Source: Podarcis filfolensis (taxonomy: Eukaryota). From it: a DNA stretch of 64,000 nt. The stretch lies in assembly GCA_964270895.1 (NCBI GenBank), contig OZ185441.1. One strand, written 5' to 3'. A model generated the notes under the pieces. The model had not been told where the DNA came from. It saw only the letters and a program-made list of their open reading frames with translations, and did not search any database. Shown here in pieces: positions 61,870 through 64,000 of the stretch; the stretch's first letter is position 1, and each line of letters begins with the position of its first letter. Made by a program: the position numbers and the translations under genes.

Positions 61870-64000
61870 TGATTAGAAAAGCACAGTGTATGATATGGTG
61901 AAGCATTGATGGAAGCTGTCAGTTGTAAAACACTCCTCAGGTCCTGTGACTGCATGCTGGTTGCAGAATGAATAGAGCTCATGCACAGCCTTTGTTTGAT
62001 CAATGAGTGGAGCAAGTAGTCTGTCTCTCATGGAATCATAAAGTTGCAAGGGACCCAAGGGTCATCTGGTCCAACCCCCTGCAATGCGGGAATCTCAGCT
62101 AGAGCATCCATGGCAGATGGCCATACAACCTCTGCTAAAAAAACCTCCAAGGAAGGAGAGTCCACAACTTCCCACAGGAGACTGTCCCAATATATCACCA
62201 AAGATGAATGAAGCACTCCTAAATTCTCCCAACATTTTACCTCATCCTTTCTAAAACAACTTAGCACAAGATTGTTCAAGATAATGATTGTTCTCATATC
62301 AATTCATCTGTCCACCAAGATCTTCAGTGGAGACATTCCTGGTGGTCTCATTAGCTGCATCAGTACATGTTCTGGCAACCATGAGGATGGCATTCTCTGT
62401 GGCGGAACAGTCTGCACTTTTGAATTCAATAGTAATGTACGGTGCAGTGCTCTCTTCAACATTTAAAGACGTATCTATGTTACCAAGTATTTGCTGGCCA
62501 TCGGTGTTCAACTCCACTAAGCTGCTGACAACAGTGTTATATACTGTACTTTATTATTCATATTATTGCATTGAACTGGTGCTTATATTGTCTTAAATTG
62601 ATATGATACACAACCTAGATACTCTTTGAGTGTGGGACAGGGACTATATAATTATTTTAAATAAATAAATATATAAAATGCATCAATTCCCCATCTCCAA
62701 AAACCATATACTAGAAAGACAAAACACAGGCAATGAGCAATAGGGAAAAACAGTGGTCCCTGTACTGACCTATATGCAGACCCAAATATGTGTGCATCAT
62801 GAACCCAAAATCTCCTTCCCCCTTTGCTTAACAGTCAGAACAGCTAAGAGCATTTGCAATGTATGATTAGAAATTATGACCAGTTGGAACAGTTGTGGCG
62901 AACAGTATGTATGTAGGTGAGTATGCATGTGGCTAGTATTTCTACCTATACCATCTCCAGTCATGCTTCCATAATGTAGTAACATAGGTGACAAATGACT
63001 ATTGAGTCATAACAATGTTAGATGCCCTCTCACCTCTTTGGCTTGGAATGCTTTCCCATGGAAAGGCAATCTGGCAAGGACATACAGCTGCACACCCCTG
63101 TGTTTGCTGCTTCGTATACATTAATGCTGGATCGTAATGCCTAATGTGTCGAAAAGTTTGTTGCCAGTGCATATTCTGTAGTGAAAGATGAAGACCAAAT
63201 TTGAAAGAAACTTTTATGGCATTGCTTAGTGTATCGGATGCTTGATTTTCTGTCTTCTGGGGGAAAGCATTCAGCAAATTAAGTATAGCAGTTTTAGTAG
63301 TCCTGCTGATTTTGTAGAACAAGAAGCAGAAGAGGATCGAGATCTCCAAGAAAGATGATCGGAGGTTTAACAGGTCATCACATGCTAGTTTTTAATAATG
63401 CTTGTTCTGAGCTTGACAACTGGTGGTCACACATGAGCACATAAGCTGCCATTGAAAGTTACCCACCTGCAGTAGTGACATGCATGGTGGTGGACAGCTG
63501 GTGAATCCACCCCTTACCCCCATACACTGTTGCCTACCTGGGTGGGGCAGCAGTGAGGCTGGAGTCATGTGCTTTTAACTGTGGGAACATTTAGCACTGC
63601 TGCTGGTGCACCTGCACAGCCCCAACCACACAGTTGTGTCAGCCCAGCCCTGACCAGGTAAGTCCCAGCATCAACACTAGTGTTGGAGGGTTGCTCCACA
63701 GCTCCACCCCATTGCATGTGCCACCAATCTCTTCCTGCTTCTTTTTATTTCTGTAATGTGATGTGGTGTAGTAGTAATAATTGGCTTTAATAGCATTCAT
63801 CTTGGCTTTATTTTCTTCTAGGCACAATATGAGCAATAAATTAAGGAGGACATGGCCTTCTTTGCACTGTACAGTCATACTTGGTGTTTATAGAGCACTT
63901 TAGTGTAGAAAATGGTTGATATACATTCCCTTGTAACTCTTCAATAACCCAGAAAGATAGATCAGCATTATTTTCCTCATGTTGTGAATGAGATGGAGAG
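61870..64000 (+). repeat. Older, diverged paralogue of the gB-gA spacer (about 26820-28030 / 50880-52750)
   Basis: Collinear motifs, e.g. GGTCCTGTGACTGCATGCTG, GACAAATGACTATTGAGTCA, CAATAACCCAGAAA. Confidence 0.75.
62029..62190 (-). mobile_element. CR1 LINE 3' fragment
   Basis: Reverse complement of the CR1 3' end (GGACCCAAGGGTCATCTGGTCCAACCCCCTGCAATG). Confidence 0.75.

Noticed and set aside
1-64000. CRISPR arrays, rRNA, prokaryotic operons, Pcdh constant exons
   Set aside because: None seen. The DNA is vertebrate, and no QAPPNTDWRFSQ-type constant exon is present.

Overview
Vertebrate genomic DNA from a squamate reptile. A recognisable Sauria SINE plus CR1, L2, hAT and Tigger-like repeats point to a lizard, probably a lacertid (inference). 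The window lies inside the variable region of a clustered protocadherin-gamma (Pcdhg) locus. It holds ten intact, co-oriented (+) variable exons of about 2.4 kb, each encoding signal peptide, EC1-EC6, TM and a variable cytoplasmic domain, and each ending in a phase-0 GTGAG splice donor. Order: gA, gA, gA, [gA relic], gB, gA, gA, gB, gB, gA, gB (numbered 1-10 below). The constant exons are not in the window. Every exon has a promoter conserved sequence element (CSE, a CTCF site) 197-245 nt upstream of the ATG. The system itself is known. The most notable features seen here are: (i) 6 of 10 CSEs read CACT instead of the canonical methylatable CGCT, in promoters that have no CpG island; (ii) tiered gene conversion and chimeric exons, including apparent gA/gB micro-conversion in EC5; (iii) near-identical gB paralogues whose few differences cluster on predicted trans-recognition surfaces; (iv) a possible extra EC1 disulfide in exon 1; (v) an unexplained ORF-bearing insert fused to a CR1 3' end. 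A 290-nt N gap is present, and near-identical duplications mean assembly artefacts cannot be fully excluded.
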